Shown here in pieces: positions 59,865 to 64,000 of a stretch of DNA of 64,000 nucleotides. The DNA is from an uncultured delta proteobacterium (GTDB lineage: Bacteria > Desulfobacterota > Syntrophobacteria > BM002): contig CAVQGX010000027.1 in the NCBI GenBank assembly GCA_963712115.1, positions 1 to 64,000 of the forward strand, given 5' to 3'. Both the position numbers and the translations under genes were made by a program. Under the pieces are notes generated by a model that was not told the origin of the DNA, searched no databases, and worked only from the letters and a program-made list of their open reading frames with translations. Positions within the stretch are counted from its first letter, which is position 1. Each line of letters begins with the position of its first letter.

Positions 59865-61241
59865 CTACCCGGGTTCCGCATCTTTTTCGGGGATCGGTCC
59901 CTCGAGGCTAACCAGGGTTATTCGATGACCGTCCATGCGCTCCACAGCGATTTTACATTTGGGAAGCTCTATAGAGTCTCCGAGTTCCGGCACCCGACCG
60001 AGGTGGTGGTAAATAAACCCTGCCAACGTATTGTACTCCCCCTCCGGGAAAGAGCACTCGATCATCTTCCCCAGATCGTCCAAGCGGATGCTGGGGTCGA
60101 TCAGGGTCTTGCCATCCTTTCCCTTTGTCTTTATTAACACGGAGCTTGGCGAGAATTCGTCCTCATACTCTCCCACTATCTCCTCCAAGATGTCCTCCAG
60201 GGTGACGATGCCGGCGGTGCCTCCATACTCGTCGATGACTATCGCCATTTGCTGTCGCTGCGCCTTGAACTCTGCGAGCAGGATACTGAGTGGTTTTATC
60301 TCTGGCACCAGATAGGGGGGCAGCATAATCTCGCTGATCGGGCGTCCCATCTCTTCCGTTCCCCCTTCAGGATCGAGACAGTTGAGCAGTTCCTTGATGC
60401 TGAGTATGCCGACGATACGATCCATGTGTGTGTCATATACCGGGTAACGATGGTGTCTTTCTTGGCGGAAAATCTCGAGAGATTCCCTGATCGTCATGTC
60501 CTTCTGAAGTCCGACGATCTTGGTGCGCGGAACCATGACTTCCTCCACCGTGTGTTCTTCGAGATCGAAGACGCCCTGAATCATTGCTGTTTCCTCGGGG
60601 TCGAGAATGCCTTCCGATTCACTCGCCACCAGGATCGTGCGCAGCTCCTCTTCCGAGATGGATAAGTGTCCACCTTTGGGGCCTGCCAGGTTTCGTTGTC
60701 CGAACAGTTTCAACAGACCGTTGGAAGCATGATTGAGCAGCCAGATTGCTGGGTAGAGGAGTCGGTAGAGAAAGTTGATACTACGTGCCACAGCGAGACT
60801 GGTCCGCACCGGCTTGTGGAAAGCATAGACTTTGGGGGCCAACTCGCCACCGACAACGTGAAGCGCGGAGATGAAGAGAAAAGCAACAATGTGGGCGGTG
60901 GTCAGGGCGACGGTGTGGGCCCTGGCAGGAGATACAAAGATGGAAAGGTGCGCGACAACGAAGGTAATTGACGGCTCCAGTATGGTGGTGATAGTTGCGA
61001 TCCCAATCGCCCCTAGGGCCAACGACATCAGAGTGATACCAATTTGGGTTACCGAGTAGAAGCGTTCCGGTTCGGCGTGCAGAATCTGTACGACCCCTGC
61101 TGCCTTGTTCCCTTGCTCAGCGATGTGACGAATACGGCTGCGCCGCGCCGAGGTGAGGGCGATTTCGGAGCCCACAAAAAAGGCGTTTCCCACGATGAGC
61201 AGGACTATGCCAACTAAATTTGCAAGGGTAAGTGGATCCAT
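59865..61241 (-). CDS. HlyC/CorC (CNNM) family protein: DUF21 + CBS pair + CorC domain
   Basis: NAFFVGSE, QIGIT, GELAPK, VMVPR, DEYGGTAGIVTLEDILEEIVGE, TLAG. Confidence 0.95.
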   Translation of the reverse strand: MDPLTLANLVGIVLLIVGNAFFVGSEIALTSARRSRIRHIAEQGNKAAGVVQILHAEPERFYSVTQIGITLMSLALGAIGIATITTILEPSITFVVAHLSIFVSPARAHTVALTTAHIVAFLFISALHVVGGELAPKVYAFHKPVRTSLAVARSINFLYRLLYPAIWLLNHASNGLLKLFGQRNLAGPKGGHLSISEEELRTILVASESEGILDPEETAMIQGVFDLEEHTVEEVMVPRTKIVGLQKDMTIRESLEIFRQERHHRYPVYDTHMDRIVGILSIKELLNCLDPEGGTEEMGRPISEIMLPPYLVPEIKPLSILLAEFKAQRQQMAIVIDEYGGTAGIVTLEDILEEIVGEYEDEFSPSSVLIKTKGKDGKTLIDPSIRLDDLGKMIECSFPEGEYNTLAGFIYHHLGRVPELGDSIELPKCKIAVERMDGHRITLVSLEGPIPEKDAEPG

Positions 61242-61490
61242 TTCGATCTCCCAGATAAAGGATAGACCTTCGAGTTTTCCCCGAATGGTTAACAATCAAT
61301 AAACATGTTTCAGAGCAATCCGCGGCCAGGAAAATCCGGTGATTTTCAGAGGGATTGTCTGCTGGCAGAAGATTAACATGAAATGAGGATCCACACAATT
61401 GAAGGAAAATAGGGACGGTGATGAAACTATAACTTTCTATCAGTAGACTTAGGTAGTTTAAAAATGGCCCCCTTAATCGCTGTTTTCACC

Positions 61491-61658
61491 TTACGCCCCT
61501 TTCAGGGCTTCGCCATAAAATTTCTCCACGTATTCTTTGACCATCCGCCGGGCGGAGAACCTGGGTGCGGTGCTCTTTATGGTGTCCTTCATGACCCTCA
61601 CCCAGTCGTGGGGGAGGCCGTCTTCTGAAACCCTGTAATACATAGGAATAATTTCATT
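61491..61658 (-). pseudogene. glgP: 3' fragment of an alpha-glucan (glycogen) phosphorylase
   Basis: NEIIPMYY...DGLPHDWVRVMKDTIKSTAPRFSARRMVKEYVEKFY, the typical GlgP C-terminus, fused to the mprF stop. Confidence 0.85.
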
Positions 61659-64000
61659 TTGAGACAACCCCCTTGACACCTCCAGAAATAAGGGTTCCCA
61701 GATTAGTGAAAATACGCGGCAGGGCCATGCCGCCGGGGCAGGCCAGATATTTGGGGTTCCATTCCGGGTCGAATTTCTCTTTGTACTGCCGTAACCCCTG
61801 GAAGTTGTAAAAGTGCTCCCCGTGACGGAAAACAAATGCGCCGAGCCGGTTCCAGAGAGGAGCGAGTTCGTGGTCCTCAAGCCCGGATAGCGGCGCCATG
61901 CCCAAATTGAACCAGTGGTAGCCCTCCTTTTTTCCCCAGAGTATGAGCTGAATGAACAGGTATTCCATAATCCCGTGCGGGGCCTCCTCCAGGTAACGCA
62001 TCAGGTCTATGGAAAGTTCATCCTTATTTGCTCCTGACCAAAGGTTAGTAAAGGCGAGAATTTTCCCATTCTTGCGAACAATACCTACGGGGTTCTTTTG
62101 CAGGTACTCTGCACTGAAAAACCCGAGAGAAAACTTTTTCTCGCGAGTATTTTTTGCCGCCAGCCAACCGTCGGAGATGCTTTTGAGTTCAGGAAGAATT
62201 GCAGAAATCCCTTCAGTCCCGATGAGCGCAAAAGTGCAGCCTTCCTCTTCCAGCTTGCGCAGGGTGCGGCGGAACCCCTTGCGTCCGCTTCCTTCCATGG
62301 AAAAGATATCCAGGGGGACACGGGCTTCTTCTCCCAGTTTCAAAACAGTAAGCCCCAGTTCTAAATACAAATGGAGGTGTTCCGCCCCCACTTCATAGAA
62401 CACGGGCCAGTCGTAGTGGTGGTCGCACAGTTCCCTGTATCGCCAGAGCAAATCAGCCCACTCGTCTACTGGGCCCACGGGATCCCCCATGGCTACCCAG
62501 CTGCGGCCTTCAACAGCATACATAATGAAGGCATTACCCTTCTGGCTGAAAAGAAAGGTTTTGTCGCCCAGCAAGGCGAGATTGGCAGAGGTCTGGCGTG
62601 ATTGCTGGACTATGGATAAAATCCTTTCCATATCTTTCAGAGTCGGAACCAGGGGTTTCGGGGGAGATGGGCGAATAAGTCTTGCCAAAGCGAAGGTCAG
62701 GGCAAGAATCACAGCTCCCACCGAGGCACGGAGAAATCGCGGGGCCTTTTTGTCAAAAGCAAATTCCCACCAAAGATCTCCCGAATACTCTACATGCTTG
62801 TAGGAGAACATCCCGAGCCAGGCGGAACAAAGCAGCACCAGAATGATGCCGGCGATCCAACCCGGGCTGAAACGCTGGTCTAGGAGAGACGCCTTCCTGT
62901 GAAATTGGCGTCGGAAAGGAAGAAGGGCAGCAAGCATAAACGCCAGGAGAAGCGCCTCTTCGTAGTCCCATCCCTTGAGCAGGGCAAAGACTATGCCGAA
63001 GCCGAGGAGGACAAGAGTGAGATGATAGGCGGCATCGAGCCTTCTTTGGAGACCGCGAGCTAAAAGAAGTAAGCCCATTCCAACCAGACTGGCGAAGAAG
63101 TGGGAGAGTTCCAGAGCCGGAAGTGGAAGGAAATTTTTCAGCCAGGTGAGACGCGCGTCAACCGCAGGAGTAGCCCCGGAGAAGAGAAGAATCGCCCCCC
63201 CAACAAAAACGGTAAAAGCAAAAACAGGCGGTACCAGCCCGGAACTCCATTGGGCGAAGACTGCGGCAAATTTTTTAAAACCCTCTTGCCTCTGGAGCAG
63301 CTCCTGGATAGCCAGCAAAAGTGCGGCCAGAAAAAGGGGGAGAAGATAGTAGATGAACCTGTAAACCAAAAGCACGCCAAGGATCTCTGAGGCAGGCAGA
63401 GTTGGCGAAAGAAGCAGGACGACTATTGTTTCGAAAACGCCGAGACCCCCTGGGACCTGGCTTATCAGGCCACCTGTTTGGGCCAGCAGATAGATGCCAA
63501 GAAATCCCGGGAAAGAAAGAGCCGCAACTTTCGGCAGGAGAGCATAAAGAACTCCCCCAGCCAGGGCCCAGTCCATGGAAGCGATTCCAACCTGGGCGAC
63601 CAGCACTTGGGCGGAAGGAAAAGAAAACTCCCAGTCTCGAATCCTGACGGACCTTTTACCCATAACAGTCCACAGGAGGTATGCCGCCACAATAGCAAGG
63701 AATATTCTTCCAAGCGTGTGGGCGGAAGCAAAGGGAAGATGCAATACCTTGGGTAGCATCAAAGGCTCGAAGAGGAAAACCACGCCGCCAAGGGTGAAGA
63801 ACCCGAGCCAGAGGGTCAGGCTGCAGAAGGCCACCACCTTGGTGATCTCCAGGGCGGAAAGCCCCCAGGCCGAGTAAAGGCGATAGCGCACGGAGCCTCC
63901 GGCGATCATGCCGAAGCCCATGTTGTTACTGAAGGCATAGCTGATAAAGGAGGCCAGGCCGAATTTACGATACGGGAGGGCATGTCGAACATAGCGCAAG
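61654..64000 (-). CDS. mprF: Bifunctional lysyl-phosphatidylglycerol flippase/synthase (5' end outside window)
   Basis: VRYRLYS, PGGLGVFE, LALLGDK, GDPVG, KLGEEA, EKKFSLG, DLMR, YNFQGLRQYKEKF. Confidence 0.96.
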   Translation of the reverse strand, partial: LRYVRHALPYRKFGLASFISYAFSNNMGFGMIAGGSVRYRLYSAWGLSALEITKVVAFCSLTLWLGFFTLGGVVFLFEPLMLPKVLHLPFASAHTLGRIFLAIVAAYLLWTVMGKRSVRIRDWEFSFPSAQVLVAQVGIASMDWALAGGVLYALLPKVAALSFPGFLGIYLLAQTGGLISQVPGGLGVFETIVVLLLSPTLPASEILGVLLVYRFIYYLLPLFLAALLLAIQELLQRQEGFKKFAAVFAQWSSGLVPPVFAFTVFVGGAILLFSGATPAVDARLTWLKNFLPLPALELSHFFASLVGMGLLLLARGLQRRLDAAYHLTLVLLGFGIVFALLKGWDYEEALLLAFMLAALLPFRRQFHRKASLLDQRFSPGWIAGIILVLLCSAWLGMFSYKHVEYSGDLWWEFAFDKKAPRFLRASVGAVILALTFALARLIRPSPPKPLVPTLKDMERILSIVQQSRQTSANLALLGDKTFLFSQKGNAFIMYAVEGRSWVAMGDPVGPVDEWADLLWRYRELCDHHYDWPVFYEVGAEHLHLYLELGLTVLKLGEEARVPLDIFSMEGSGRKGFRRTLRKLEEEGCTFALIGTEGISAILPELKSISDGWLAAKNTREKKFSLGFFSAEYLQKNPVGIVRKNGKILAFTNLWSGANKDELSIDLMRYLEEAPHGIMEYLFIQLILWGKKEGYHWFNLGMAPLSGLEDHELAPLWNRLGAFVFRHGEHFYNFQGLRQYKEKFDPEWNPKYLACPGGMALPRIFTNLGTLISGGVKGVVSK

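Noticed and set aside
58590-60137. Long antisense ORFs (58590-59351, 59472-60137; also 9968-10648 and 30951-31529)
   Set aside because: They are shadows of well-supported genes on the opposite strand and contain no recognisable motifs.
61491-61880. 129-aa ORF as a gene
   Set aside because: Its first ~74 codons are an alternate frame of mprF; only the tail is the glgP stub.

Overview
Bacterial chromosomal window of about 50% GC, most consistent with a Desulfobacterota/deltaproteobacterial genome (inferred from sigma-54 sites, several PilZ proteins and gene content). The left end holds a complete integron: intI at 2350-3303, attI near 2080-2090, and at least four minus-strand cassettes with a homogeneous ~116-bp attC family. 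One attC is cut in half, and the array runs off the window. The middle carries signalling, transport and metabolic genes: PilZ and PilZ-FHA proteins, a ThiW ECF transporter, a MoxR/DUF58/RDD cluster, and a NUDIX-cupin-Ino1-TIM-barrel cluster. Most intergenic gaps in 7-37 kb, and several further right, including junctions inside operons, hold nested non-coding palindromic elements. These are built from 7-9-nt tandem-repeat arms, TGAC+mini-hairpin units, REP doublets and empty TIR pairs. No transposase is present in the window. The right third (43-64 kb) is a mosaic: a 3.76-kb acvB/cls segment lies between 75-bp direct repeats of the ppa 3' end, and orphan gene stubs (glgP, CDF, PqiC-like, MscS, dodecin) mark the junctions. 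Seven genes carry apparent +1 insertions that look like long-read errors. No rRNA, tRNA or CRISPR array was seen. Family assignments come from motif recognition, not database searches.
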